Part shown: positions 1 through 12,337 of the stretch, piece after piece
Position numbering within the stretch: position 1 is the first letter of the stretch
Layout of the letters: each line of letters opens with the position of its first letter
From: Octopus vulgaris
Lineage: Eukaryota
Assembly: GCA_951406725.2 (NCBI GenBank)
Contig: OX597814.1
Span: 113,832,001 to 113,896,000 of the forward strand
DNA: 64,000 nt
Direction of reading: 5' to 3'
The notes under the pieces: model-generated
Databases searched by the model: none
The model's input: the letters and a program-made list of their open reading frames with translations, nothing else
What the model was told of the DNA's origin: nothing
Translations under genes and position numbers: made by a program

Positions 1-310
1 TGGCTTTCCGTCGGTTACGACTATGAGTGTTCCAGCTGATCCGATCAGCGGAACAGCCTGCTCGTGAAATTAACGTGTAAGAGGCTGAGCACTCCGCAGA
101 CACGCGTTCCTTTTACGTAGTTCTCAGAGAGATTCAGCGTAACATAGAGTGTGGCAAGACTGGCCCTTTTGTGATAGAAGTGCAACTCATTTTTGCCAGC
201 TGAGTGAAATAAAGTGTCTTGCTCAAGGACAGAGTGAGCGGCCGGAAATCGAACTCACGACCTAATTATCTTGAGCCCAATACTATAACCACTAAGCCTT
301 GCACCTCCAC
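1..310 (-). mobile_element. tRNA-headed SINE (CORE-like centre, type-A tail)
   Basis: Minus strand: A-box-like GGCTTAGTGG, B-box GAGTTCGATTTCC, CORE-like GTCCTTGAGCAAGACACTT; same tail recurs at ~27640-27790, ~27950-28230 and ~49420-49560. Confidence 0.75.
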
Positions 311-721
311 AATGAAATAAGACCAGTATATAATGGCGAACGTAAATTTGTTTCGACGTAATGGATCGTTGAAATCAAGACATGCTTAAGACCATAAATT
401 ACACTTATGGTCTTAAGGTTTAAATTGTTCTCATCTTCATATGGGTATTTAGAAAACTTTGACGTGGGTCACTTTCAAATGTGAAACCGAGTGAAGGGTT
501 ATCTCGCCTTGGTTTATAGTACATGGAAGAATCGTTATAAAGATGTTGGCGATAAGTGAGTATAAGTAGTTTAAAAGTGGGATGAATTGGTTTATCTCAG
601 TGTTTTCCAAGGTGGGGTGGGGTAATATTTTGTAGGGGTGTGGATTACTTCTGAAGATGTGAATAAAATTTACATAAGTTTTTAAAATTTATTGGAACCT
701 CAGAGTGGTGTCTCATCGCCA

Positions 722-1185
722 TCCATTTATGCAACCCAAGACGGATCCTGGACAGCAAGTTGACTGACCAAGTCACCCACAATGAGATCCTGTATCGCGC
801 CAGGATATTTTACCGCCTTATCCTACGCCCACAACGATGTCTACGCTGGTTAGGCTACATAGTCTGTCTTATAGGAGAACACTGAAAGGCATTCTGTATG
901 GCGAACTGGTTTCCGGCAAGGGAGACCATCTTTATTTTCAAAAACGTCTGCAAGAGGAACATGAAATCTCTTTACACGAACTCTGATTGTGGATGTAGTA
1001 AGTGATTACCCTCATTGGCGACTGATATGGGTAGGTGTTAAAAGAAGAGAGGTGAGGCAGAAGCTTGATGCTAAAGAAAGCGCATTCGACGCGAAAACAA
1101 CACCAGGGTAAGACTGGCACACGATGCCTTCAAATACAGTCGTTGCACCCAGAACTCTCGCTCACATATGAGCCCTTACACTTAT
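722..1185 (+). pseudogene. RTE-clade LINE ORF2 3' remnant
   Basis: Frameshifted translation gives HLCNPRRIL..DQVTHNEILYRA, QRCLRWLGYIV, KGILYGELVSGK, FKNVCKRNMK, typical of the RTE ORF2 C-terminus. Confidence 0.7.
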
Positions 1186-1196
1186 AGCTGATGCTT

Positions 1197-1550
1197 GTTT
1201 GTTTGTTGAGCGAAGCGGTCTTCGTCCCAGTGGGAGAAGTCCGAAACCTTGTCCTTTGCTATTCGTAAGACCCACAGAAGAGAAAGCAGGTCAACCCCCG
1301 ACACCGAGAGCATCGACGGATGGATGAATGCGCATCCAGGCTCTGCGGTTGCGTGGGAACTCGGGGACAAGAAACAGAAAGAAAGAGTGAGAGAAAGTTG
1401 AAGCGAAAGAGTACAACAGGGGTGGCCCCCCCATCCCTGCCAGAAACTTGTGGAGCTTTAGGTGTTTTCGCTCAATAAACACACACAATGCCCGGTCTGG
1501 GAATCGAAACCGCGAGTCCGCTGCCCTAACCACTGGGCCATTGCGCCTCC
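1197..1550 (-). mobile_element. tRNA-headed SINE (head D, own tail) with TSD
   Basis: Head GGAGGCGCAATGGCCCAGTGGTTAGGGCAGCGGACTCGCGGTTTCGATTCCC; (CAAA)n tail; flanking near-identical repeat ACTTA(T/C)AGCTGATGCT at ~1180 and ~1551. Confidence 0.85.
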
Positions 1551-2399
1551 ACTTACAGCTGATGCTGTTTTGTTTCCAAATACACTCACAAGGCACTGGA
1601 TAATTTGAAGCTATGGTTCAACGTAGTAACATCAAACTGAAAACTACGGGCTTACAAAATTATCTCTGTAACCACACAGCTATGTATGTGATCTCAAATA
1701 TGTTTCCCACGCAATTATTTATACAGCCTAAAAATAATTAAAAAAACCCTCTTCAGTCTCACTATTATATTATATTGTATTAGTGTCGTCAAATATCATA
1801 GACCGTATCTCATTTTTACTATCACACATATAAAGGCATAAATATCTAAACGCATATTTAATTACGAAAACAAAATTCTTCACTTTGGACTAATAACTTT
1901 TATCGAGTCTCAACACCTGTGTAACATTCACATATTTTACCTCTAACCAATATTTGACTAATTACATTTTGTTTCTTTGCAAAATTTAAATACGGTAGGG
2001 AATTTAAAAATTACATTTAATTCGAAAATTCTCGACGGGAGGTTAAATGATTAAGTTTTTCTTTTTAGAAATATTTGATATTTATTTTTAAAAATGCTCG
2101 AGTTGTAATGGACAATAAATAATAAATAAATAAAAGTGCTCGTAAATTACATTGAAAGTTTGACGCTAAAGATATTAATAGACACACACATACATATGGA
2201 AACCTATAAACACACATATATTTAGATATATACCTGCATACACACAAATACATATATCGTGATACTAAGCTTGTATTTTCATAATAATGAACGCTGGTGT
2301 GTAGAGAAAATAACTTTTATTGATTCAGAAATATATTAAAATTTCTAGACAGAAATACATGAACTAGTTTTGAATCTAAAATCACATTTGGACTCTTAC

Positions 2400-2432
2400 C
2401 AGGCTGTTTGATCTGTCCATGTCCGCTGTGGA
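2400..2432 (-). CDS. Candidate 33-nt micro-exon of an unknown host gene
   Basis: Minus strand: T-rich tract ..tttcaatattccag | TCCACAGCGGACATGGACAGATCAAACAGCCTG | gtaaga; length is a multiple of 3 and open (xHSGHGQIKQP in phase 1). Confidence 0.4.
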
Positions 2433-2692
2433 CTGGAATATTGAAATAAATAAATAAAAATAAGTTTCAGCAATGAGGCAACTGTTCTTCGGTAGCTAGC
2501 AATTTAGGTATTTTCAGTTGCCCCAGTAACCGTTAGAATTCGTTCACAGAATTAACACCATATGAATTATTACGTCGATGATCAAATCTGACGATCGTTG
2601 AAGTAACTGATTATCACTTCAATTATCCGGGGAGAGCAGAATATTTGCCTTATGATATGAAACTTAGTCTTTCTTTCTTTTATACTGATAGC

Positions 2693-2723
<31 letters not shown>

Positions 2724-2747
2724 TTATTTCGGATTAACAGCATATTA

Positions 2748-3075
2748 TGTGGCTGTGTGGTAAGAAGCTTACTTACCAACCACATGGTTCCGGGTTCAGT
2801 TCCACTGCGTTTCACTCTGGGCAACTGTCTTCTACTATAGCCTCGGGCCAACCAAAGCCTTGTGAGTGGATTTGGTAGCCGGAAACTGAAAGAAGCACTT
2901 GACAACCGATGTTGGTGTGTTTATGTCCCCGTAACTTAGCGGTTCGGCAAAAGTGACTGATAGAATAAGTACTATGCTTACAAAGAACAAGTCCTGGGGT
3001 CGATTTGTTCGACTAAAGGCAGTGCTCCAGCATGGCCGCAGTCAAATGACTGAAACAAGTAAATGAATTAATGAA
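2748..3075 (+). mobile_element. SINE family B (tRNA head + CORE-like + LINE-derived tail), no central microsatellite
   Basis: TGGCTGTGTGGTAAG..GGTTCAGTTCC..GGGCAACTGTCTT..GCAGTGCTCCAGCATGGCCGCAGTCAAATGACTGAAAC; more than 12 copies in window. Confidence 0.85.
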
Positions 3076-3321
3076 TGATATTCCGGACTAACATCATAAC
3101 AACGCGAGATATTTCAGAGCTGAAAGAACGGTAGACAAGTTCAATCCGTGACTTGGCGGGGGGGGGGGGGTTGATGTAAGTAACGGTGATTCGTTTCACG
3201 TATACCACCAAGATGGCAACAGTGTGCAGGCGAATGGCCGGATGGATTTGGAGAACTTTCTAGTATATGGAGGACGTTTTCCTTCAACTGTCTTGACTAC
3301 TGCTCTCGACTATGGTCAAAT

Positions 3322-3432
3322 TAATAGCGTGGCACCTTGGGCAAGTGTCTTCTACTATAGCCTCATGCTGAGCAAAGACTTGTAAGTGGATTTGGTAGAC
3401 AGAAACTGAAAGAAGCCCGTCAAATACACGCG

Positions 3433-3464
<32 letters not shown>

Positions 3465-3476
3465 CACACACATACC

Positions 3477-3550
<74 letters not shown>

Positions 3551-3784
3551 TACATGCATACATATACATTCCGGTCTTTCAAAATGTGACCTCATGTGTA
3601 CCGTTGGCGATTTTTTCCCTCTGTCTTCCCTTCTCTGGATCTTAATTTCTCCAATGTTTCCGACGAAGAGCTCCGCTCGAAACGTTAAACCCTCCTTCTT
3701 TCCTTCTTTCCTGAGCGTCCAATAATATTATATTTGTTCCACGTCCTCGCGTTGTTGTGTTTTTTTGTGCTTTCTTGTTTGGAT

Positions 3785-3844
<60 letters not shown>

Positions 3845-3890
3845 CACATACCTACATGCATATATATATATATATACATACATGCATACA

Positions 3891-3961
<71 letters not shown>

Positions 3962-4160
3962 GTGTGTGTGTGTAACTCCACAATCGCTTGACAACCGATG
4001 TTGATGTGTTTATGTCCCCGTAGCTTAGCGGTTCGGCAAGAGACCTATAGAATAAGTACTTGGTTTAGAAAGAATAAGTCCTGGGGTCGATTTGCTCGAC
4101 TAAAGGCGGTGCTCCAGCATGGCCGCGGTCAAATGACTGAAACAAATGAATTAAAGAATA
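3322..4160 (+). mobile_element. SINE family B with nested HHR element in its central microsatellite
   Basis: First half 3322-3425, (CA)/(TA)n, insert 3581-3788, (TA)n, second half 3975-4160. Confidence 0.8.
3656..3690 (+). ncRNA. Minimal type I hammerhead-like motif (family F, core CCGACGA) in ~200-bp repeat 3581-3788
   Basis: GTTT-CCGACGA-A-GAGC(TCC)GCTC-GAAA-CGTT-AAAC: stem I GTTT/AAAC, stem II GAGC/GCTC, palindromic AACGTT in place of stem III. Confidence 0.6.
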
Positions 4161-4360
4161 TACATATATTTTTTTCTTTTTTTTTCTTTTGTTTGTTTCA
4201 GCCATTTTAACTGCAGCCATGCTGGAGCACCACCTTTAGTCGAACAAATCGACTCCAGGACGTATTCTTTGTAAGCCTAGTACTTATTCTATCGGTATGT
4301 TTTGTCGAACCGCTAAGCTACGGAGACACAAACACATCAACATCTGATGGCCTGGTCGGT

Positions 4361-4424
<64 letters not shown>

Positions 4425-5586
4425 AAGAGAGAGAGAGAGAAATATATTCACACGCAGGAAAGAATATAGGAGAATTTGTTTTGGAGGTTTGAAAATGCAC
4501 CTGAATCTCAAAACGTGCAGCCGTTTTTAAATTATATATGTAAATTTGTATCTTCGTTGGCTGGCAGTTAACTTTATCTTATCTCTTGCGTCGGTTGGTT
4601 GGTTTTACAGAGTTATCTGGTGCATTAATTTGTAAACATTCCGAAAGAGAACAGTGTCTCGCTAGACCAACGTCATGAAGCTAAAAGCAATTAATCGTAA
4701 AAATAAATAAGTATACCAATAAATAAATAAATAAATAATGTCACATTTAGTCACTCGGTGCTTCTCCTTCGCCGCCATTACCACCTTCACCTTTCGGGAA
4801 AATACAGAATATTAAACGCAATTAAAACGATGCTAGACGTCTTCTAAATACAAAACTTTTTGAGGACTGAGAATAAAACAAAAGAAGTCGTTGAAGTTAG
4901 GTAACTGATGGAAATGTCAGGTTAAGCTGTTTCCGAGCAATAACAAACCGATTAACGCAAATCATGTCAGATAAAGCATTTTGTTTTCTTTTTTCAAAGA
5001 CCAATATTTAAAAAAAATTATCTTATTTTTTCTTCGGTTATCTTCTCTGGGGTCTTTAAGACTGAAAATATATTATGGATTTAGAGTAATATGGTTGCGA
5101 TAAACATTGTTTACTTGTTAAGAAGAAGAAGAAAAAAATACCAATCAAGAAAGCTCTGATTTATCGGGAGGAAGAATTGCGACATTTCATCTTTGCCAAA
5201 ATGCATTGGCGACATAAATGGATCAGAATGGTTTTATTTTCTGGAGAGCCGAGACTGGAAGCAGGTTGAGCTCCATTCATATGAAAGTATTAGCAAAAAG
5301 CTTACGAAAAAAAGAAAAGCTTTTATAAACGATTTTACATAAACAACAACAACAGTAGAAGCAAGCGTTGGTTTACAATCACCAAAATCGTTGCCATAGG
5401 TGGCCACTTGGGGTGGGGGGAGAGATTTTCTATACTCTAGCATATAAGGTAAGTATCATCCGGTTATTACAGCAGAATAGAGCGTGAATGAAGTGAGAGG
5501 GTAAAATTGCATGAGAGAGGAGTGTAATGGGGTGTTTTCGCATTCACTCACACTTCCTCATAAATGTGCACATATATTCACAAGTG

Positions 5587-5881
5587 CGGAGGCACATGGC
5601 CTAGTGGTTAAAGCAGCGGACTCGTGGTCGAGGGATGGATCGCGGGTTCGAATCACAGACCGGGCGATGTGTGTGTTTATGAGCGAAACACCTAAGCTCC
5701 ACGCGGCTCCGGCAGAAGATAATGGCGAACTTCTGCTGACAACTTTCTCTCACTCTTTCCTCCTGCGTCTTGCAGCTCACCTGCGACGGACCGGCGTCCC
5801 GTCCAGGTGGGGAACCTATACGCCAAAGAAACCAGGAAATTGGCCCTTATGAGCCAGGTGTGGCTCAAGAAGGAACAAACA
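5587..5881 (+). mobile_element. tRNA-headed SINE (head D, V-domain-like 3' part) with 13-bp TSD
   Basis: A box TGGCCTAGTGG, B box GGTTCGAATC; CCTGCGACGGACCGGCGTCCCGTCCAGG resembles the V-SINE motif; TSD ATATTCACAAGTG at 5574-5586 and 5882-5894. Confidence 0.9.
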
Positions 5882-5930
5882 ATATTCACAAGTGGTAAGA
5901 ACCATGGAAGGAGGAAGAAAGTCGTTAGAG

Positions 5931-6184
5931 CAGTGGTTCCCAACGATTTTTTTTTACTTACGGACCCCTTTGATTTCCAGTTTCCCCGGGTGGACCCCAT
6001 AGCCATTTTCAAAAATCTCATATCCTATTATATTTTTATAATTAAATACTATCAGGGATTGTATAAAAAATTGTTAAAATATTCGGTGTATTATAGAAAT
6101 ATAACCACTTTATTGCACATAAATTTTAACAAAATATTGTATGGACCCTACAAAGGTCATATGGATCCCGGTTAAGAACCACTG
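5931..6184. mobile_element. hAT (Charlie-like) MITE
   Basis: TIRs CAGTGGTTCCCAAC / GTTAAGAACCACTG; 8-bp TSD CGTTAGAG vs CGGTAGAG. Confidence 0.85.
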
Positions 6185-6754
6185 CGGTAGAGTATCGGAT
6201 AGATTGCTTTGCGGGTAATTGTTTCGCCTGCCTACACTCTGAGTTCAATTTCCACTGTAGTCAGTTTCACCTTTCATTTCTTTGGGATTGGAAAATATAG
6301 ACCCGCCCTGCACTGGAGCCGAAATTCTTATTCCCTCATTCTTCATTTTCGTGTTTGTTTTTCTTTGTTTTGAAAGAAATCGGTTGCAGTCAGACGTGGA
6401 AAGGCATATTTCTGCTATGTCTAAAAATGCCCAAAACACGCCGTGTCTCAGAACGACACCCCAAAACAAACCGTACAATGGCGGACAAAATATGTTGTAA
6501 TTACATATGGCTCTTTTACATTTCCGTGTTTAAATTCCCCTGGGGTCGCTTTGCTTTTCCTACTTTCGAGGTCGATAAAAAAGTATCAATCAAGTACTGG
6601 GGCTATTATAATCAAATGTCATTTTTCTACAGCAACAACAACAACAAAAATAATCCTTTCCATAATAGGCACAAGGCTTGATATTTTGGGGGAGGGGCCA
6701 GTCACTAGATTGACCCTAGTATGCAACTGGTACATAATTTATCGACCTATTTCT

Positions 6755-6980
6755 TTACTACCTACAATGAGCTAAACACAGAGGGGACAAACAAGGACAG
6801 ACAAACGGATTAAGTCGATTATATCGACCCCAGTGCGTAACTGGTACTTATTTTATCGACCCCGAAAGGATGAAAGGCAAAGTCGACCTCGGTGGAATTT
6901 GAACTCAGAACGTAACGGCAGACGAAATACGGCTACGCATTTCGCCCGGCGTGCTAACGTTTCTGCCAGCTCGCCGCCTT
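6755..6980 (-). mobile_element. SINE family C
   Basis: Minus strand GGCGGCGAGCTGGCAGAAACGTTAGCACGCCGGGCGAAATG..GAGTTCAAATTCC..GACTTTGCCTTTCATCCTTTCGGGGTCGATAAA; many copies in window. Confidence 0.85.
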
Positions 6981-8059
6981 AATAACTTTAATAATAATAA
7001 CAAAAATTGTATGGCCTTGTGTATAGTCTAATGTCACTTCAAATACACTAAACCAACTGGAAACCGAGGAACAACATCACCTATAACATCAAGTAAAGGG
7101 CCCGAAAAAGTTAGTCATATGGGAACAGATCAAAGAAATATAGCTTCTGTATAGCAGAAAAAAAAAAGACAAGATCTTTATTATGTATGTTCTATAGAAA
7201 TGAAGCTGTATACCTTAATTTTTTATCCTTATATACGAAGACCAAGAAGAAATCTTGTGAAAGAGAGTTTACTTTAACGAGATACCTATTGAAATCACCT
7301 GAGGAGATGCATCTACACCGAGAGATACACCTAAACCAGTTGTGTAGTATCCCAACTACGGAAGATCGATGCTAAATTGGTCGGTGCAATAGTAGTGATC
7401 AATAAAGATGCTCATATCGTCCATCTCTCATTAACCACACACACACACACACATGTGCGTATATATCTATATACACACTCAAGCACACACACAGACACTA
7501 TATATGTACACACACAAGTTGATCGAGAAGCACCGAACCTCATGCGTGAATATTCTTAAAACATGAGGATTTAATAGATACGTGAGTTAAATGTAAACAT
7601 CCATAAAAATCAATATTTTTTTTCCTAATAGCAATTCATAATAGTTATATTGACACCGAAGTATTAACGCAAATACACACACGCTCGCCATGAAACGTGC
7701 AAAGAGAAGCATAAACAGATACAAGCGTCACGAACTGTCTCAATTGTTTTACGCTTTGCTCCTTTCTGAATGTAATTGGAAGCGGCCAGCTAAACCGTTA
7801 TTGGCATTACTTTGAAATTTGACTTCTAATTATTTAATCTGTCTCTAATTAACTCCTGAACTGACTGCTGTAAATGTTACAGTCATGATATTACCAGATT
7901 ATCTTCTCACATAATAATTGAATCGACGCCAAACAGGATTAAAGGACAAATTTATGAAAGCTAATTCGGAAGAATCTGATACAAAACTGCTTCATTAAAG
8001 GTAGCCATATTGTTTGTGTTAGTTTAATGTAGAGGAAGGAGTTGAGCTTATAGCCTTCG

Positions 8060-8431
8060 CAATGAAGATAATAATAATTATAGGATTTTAAGCGACTTCC
8101 CCATGACGCCTGATCATATTACTGAAGCAAATAGACCGGATATGATCATAGAGAACAAAATAAACAAAGATCTTAGACTTTGCAATTTCCTATGATAACA
8201 GAATCGATACAAAAGAAATTGAAAGAAGTGGGAAATATCAAGATCTAAGCCAGAGAAGTGAGGAGATTGTGGAAGCCCAAGAGAGCAATTATTCCTGCAG
8301 TAGTTTGGTGCCCTGAACATAAAATCCAAAATGCTACATAAGAGACTGAAATTTACACTCGCATTGTCGACCGACAGAAAAGTACCTTCATATATTCTGC
8401 AAGAAGCTTAAGAAAAATTCTTCAGATTTGA
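8060..8431 (+). pseudogene. Restriction-like-endonuclease (R4/Hero/NeSL-type) non-LTR retrotransposon 3' remnant
   Basis: Frameshifted translation TEANRPDMIIENK, SYDNRIDTKE, KYQDL, RRLWKP..IIPAVV, QKSTFIYSARSLRKIL* matches the PD..D RLE C-terminal pattern. Confidence 0.7.
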
Positions 8432-8479
8432 GAAGACGTCATTAGACCTCAAAATAAAATTCCTCTCAGTTAAATTAAT

Positions 8480-8868
8480 GATATATTCCGAAACCCTCCG
8501 CGATAGGTAAAAATCCGCGAAGTAAAAACGGATGATTTGCAAACAACTTGCATATGCAAGTGCTATCAATCAAAAGCTCCGCATATCGGATGCCAGCAAG
8601 TGTATGGGGCCATCAGGAGAGAATGCGCGCCGTTTTGGGGCCTACCTCTCGACGGTATCATTGCTAGATCAACTGGTTATAGAGCTCAATATTCTTCTGG
8701 CCACCGCTTATCGTCTTTTTTTTAACCAAATCCAGTGGCTATATTTTTTTATTATTTTAATAATTTGTATATATTTTATTATAAATGCAAAACAACACCA
8801 CGGAGGAATCGGCGTATCTTGAATAATAAACCGCGATACATGAATCGCGATATGGCGAGGGATTACTG
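8480..8868. mobile_element. pogo/Tigger-like MITE, left end truncated
   Basis: Right terminus CGCGATATGGCGAGGGATTACTG + TA; its reverse complement matches the left TIR of the MITE at 56919. Confidence 0.65.
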
Positions 8869-8970
8869 TAGTGCACAAGGTATGTGCTGATTAGCAATTA
8901 CAGCGTACAAGTCGAATAGATTCAAATGAGTTTGAAACAGCTTAATTATGGTAACATTATCCATATTAAA

Positions 8971-9620
8971 AGGCGGCGAACTGGCAGAATCGTTAGCACG
9001 CCAGGCGAGATGCTTCACAAGTTTTTCGCCTGTCTACGTTCTGAGTTCAAATTCCGCCGAGGTCGACTTTGCCTTTCATCCTTTCGCAGTCGCTAAATTA
9101 AGTACCAGTTGCGTACTGGGATCGATCTAATCGACTAGCCTCCTTTCCCAAAATTTCAGGTCTTATGCCTAGAGTAGAAAAGAATATTAAAAGGCGGTGA
9201 GCTGGCAGAAACGTTTGCACGCCGGGTGAGATGCTTCAAAAGTATCTGTTTTTACGTTTGAGTTCAAATTCCGCCGATGTCGACTTTGTCTTTCATCCTT
9301 TCGCAGTCGATAAATTAAGTACCAGTTCCGTCCTGGAATCGATCTAATCAACTAGCCTCCTCTCCCAAAATTTCAGGTCTTATGTCTAGAGTAGAAAAAA
9401 ATATTAAAAGGCGGCGAGCTGGCAGAAACGTTAAAACGCCGGGCGAAATGCTTCGCGAGTATTTCGTCGGTCTTTACGTTCTGAGTTCAAATTCCGCCGA
9501 GGTTAACTTTGCCTTTCACTCTTTCGGAGTTGATAAATTAAGAACCAGTTGCGTACTGGGATCGATCTAATAGACTGCCCCCCACCCACTAATTTCAGGC
9601 CTTGTTCTTAGAGTAGTAGA
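8971..9620 (+). mobile_element. Tandem trimer of SINE family C
   Basis: Three head-to-tail ~220-bp copies, each starting ATATTAAAAGGCGG(C/T)GA(A/G)CTGGCAGAA. Confidence 0.85.
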
Positions 9621-10050
9621 GATTATCAATATTATATTCTTAACGTATACGTGATTTTTAAAAGCCACAAGCTGCGGTTTTTCATCCCGGGAAGATCACT
9701 TTGAAGACGTTGAAATTCTGTTACCCTTTTATCTTTTACTTGCCTTAGTCATGAGACTACAACCATGCTGGGGAATGGCCTGGTACTTATTATATAAATC
9801 TCTTTTGCCAAGCCACTATGTTACTGGGATGTAAACACCTCAACACCGGTTGTCAACCGATGGTGGGGACAAGCCCAGACACACACACACACATCATGTA
9901 TGTATATATAAATCCTTAAAATCCTTTAAAATGTTTTAGCCCGAAGGCCGCGGCCATGCTGGGGCACCACCGCTGTGTATATATGTATATCTCTCTCTCG
10001 TTCTCTCTCTCTCTATATATATATACACACACACACACATATATATATAT

Positions 10051-10108
<58 letters not shown>

Positions 10109-10241
10109 ACACATGCATGCATACTTTCAGTATGCAAATTAGGGCCTCCTTCATAGAGTTACTGCTGAGCTGAATTCGTTGAGTATTTAAACAGTTTGGC
10201 TACTTGTTTCTCTGGAGACTGTCAGAATGATGTAGACGCCT

Positions 10242-10278
10242 CTGATGAGAACCCAATAAGGTTCGAAAATTGATTAAG
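10242..10278 (+). ncRNA. Hammerhead core with intact stem II, weak stem I
   Basis: CTGATGA-GAACC(CAATAA)GGTTC-GAAA-ATTGAT-TA; only 2 bp of stem I visible. Confidence 0.45.
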
Positions 10279-10494
10279 TTTGTTCATAATTTTGTCAGTC
10301 TATGGAGAAATGGCTAAAAATTTTCCCTGTTTATACTTATACCATATGTTACACGCGCACGCACACACATACACACTCACACACGCACACACACACACAT
10401 ATATATATATACACATATATTTCCGTGATTGAAAATTCAACTAAAACAGCACTCCATCAGGTGAGAGCTAGATATTTATTTAAAGGTCACAATA

Positions 10495-10570
10495 CATGTA
10501 TCAAAGCGCTACTAATAGTTTCATATGTTGAGAAAACTCCGATAGGTATTCTTCAGGCGCAAACCACATA
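10495..10570 (-). ncRNA. Type I hammerhead ribozyme, left-arm copy with disrupted stem II
   Basis: Minus strand GCGC-CTGAAGA-ATA..GAG(TTTT)CTC..TAT-GAAA-CTATTAG-TA-GCGC. Confidence 0.65.
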
Positions 10571-10817
10571 TCATAACTAACTAAAGAAATTGAACAACAG
10601 AAGAAACGCGAAAGAAACTGTGAAAACAGCATATAGAAAACGCGGAAAACGAAAAACAGAATCTAAAATATTTACCTTTCTACTTTTTAATTTTTACATT
10701 TTAGTATCTGTTTTTCGTTTTCCGTTGTTTACTGTCTGCGTTTTCTATAAGTTGCCTTCTCAATTTTCTCACGTTTCTTCCATTCTTTTACTGTTCAATT
10801 TATTTTTAGTTCGTTAT

Positions 10818-10888
10818 ATGTGTTTGCGCCTGAAGAATATGTTTGAGTTTTCTCAACACATGAAACTATTAGTAGCGCATTAACACAT
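10818..10888 (+). ncRNA. Complete type I hammerhead ribozyme
   Basis: ATGTGTT-TGCGC-CTGAAGA-ATATGTTTGAG(TTTT)CTCAACACAT-GAAA-CT(ATT)AG-TA-GCGCA-TT-AACACAT: canonical core, three stems, GUA triplet, predicted cut after 10874. Confidence 0.85.
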
Positions 10889-10904
10889 GTATTGTGACCT
10901 TTTA

Positions 10905-10954
<50 letters not shown>

Positions 10955-11111
10955 GGCGGACCTCTTTCAGTTTCGCGTACCAAATCCATTCACAAGGCTC
11001 TGGTCGACCCGAGGCTATAGTAGTAATTTTCCCAGGGTGTCACGCAGTGGGAACTGAACCGCAAACCATGTAGTTGGGAAGTAAAGATATTACCAACTAG
11101 CCACGTCTGCA

Positions 11112-11184
<73 letters not shown>

Positions 11185-12110
11185 GCGAGTGTGTGTACGA
11201 TGTGCTTCTTTCAGTTTCCATCAGCCAAATCCTCTCACACAGCTTTAGTCGGCTCGAGGCTATAGTAGAAGACACTTGCCCATGTGGTTGGGAAGTAAAC
11301 TTCTTACCACACAGATAGAAAAACAATATAAATCTATGACGATATTAAATAACCATAGCGCTTCAGAATATGAATTACAGTCGTCAACTATAGAAATGAT
11401 AAAGCAAAACTTGAGCTCTTAATCAGTGACTGCAGAAAGACGTTGAAACAACGTCCTACATGGCAGAGGACTGCTCAAGCAGAAATCTTCTTAGCGCTAC
11501 ACAATAACGACATAATAACTTAACAATGCGTCTGTGTATAACTTTCAGTCGAGTGTAAGGTGGCTTACGACATAATCAAGGCTGGCCGAGATCAAACCAA
11601 CGACAACAATATAAATATAGATGTTATAGAGCAACTAAAATACTACAGGATTATTGCAGAAAGACTTTCAATAATTAAAAAGAAAAACTGTTTTCTGTTA
11701 TTCATGTTTAGTCTTGTGTGGTTTCGTGTACGTAACCGGTGCAACGTCTAATTTTATACTTGTCCTGCAGTTTTTTTTTTTTACTTCCCTGCTGCTGTAC
11801 CTAAACAATAGAATAACTCATCTCTCTGGTATAATAAAATTATGACAAACACAAATCTCCTCGACCGCAGCCAAACAAAGTACATAAAGTTGATTTGCAA
11901 AAATATATGTGACCCATTCGCTGGAATATAGTGAATCGGTAATCTAATATAATGGCCATAGAAACAGTTGGAGACGGTGGTGCCCCAGCGTTGTCGTAGT
12001 CGGTTCAAACCAGTAAAAGAATGAAAGAAATAACAAAAGACAACCCTCCCACACGGGTCTGAACGATCGTTGTAAGCAATAAAGTTTCTCGTATATTCCA
12101 TTCGTTATAT

Positions 12111-12149
<39 letters not shown>

Positions 12150-12305
12150 GGTGTATGTATTTGTGTATGTGCATATAAATATATATTGTATATAAATATG
12201 CATATGTACATATATGTATGTATATATACATATACATATATGTATATATACACACATATATATATATGTATGTATATACATGTATATGTACATATATGTA
12301 GTATG

Positions 12306-12337
<32 letters not shown>

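Larger units (their letters stand above)
10474..10911. mobile_element. Head-to-head fold-back element with an HHR in each arm (Penelope-like non-autonomous insertion)
   Basis: Arms ~10474-10670 and ~10717-10911 are diverged reverse complements; flanked by (CA)/(TA)n. Confidence 0.75.

Noticed and set aside
385-417. Perfect 13-bp hairpin CTTAAGACCATAA/TTATGGTCTTAAG as a terminator
   Set aside because: Eukaryotic context, no U-tract or linked gene
646-682. ACTT-CTGAAGA-hairpin-AAGT hammerhead-like motif
   Set aside because: GAAA and cleavage triplet absent; at most a deleted relic
10125-10195. MKEALIC as a GIY-YIG C-terminal remnant of a Penelope ORF
   Set aside because: Too short, needs frameshifts, and lies on the opposite strand to the adjacent HHR
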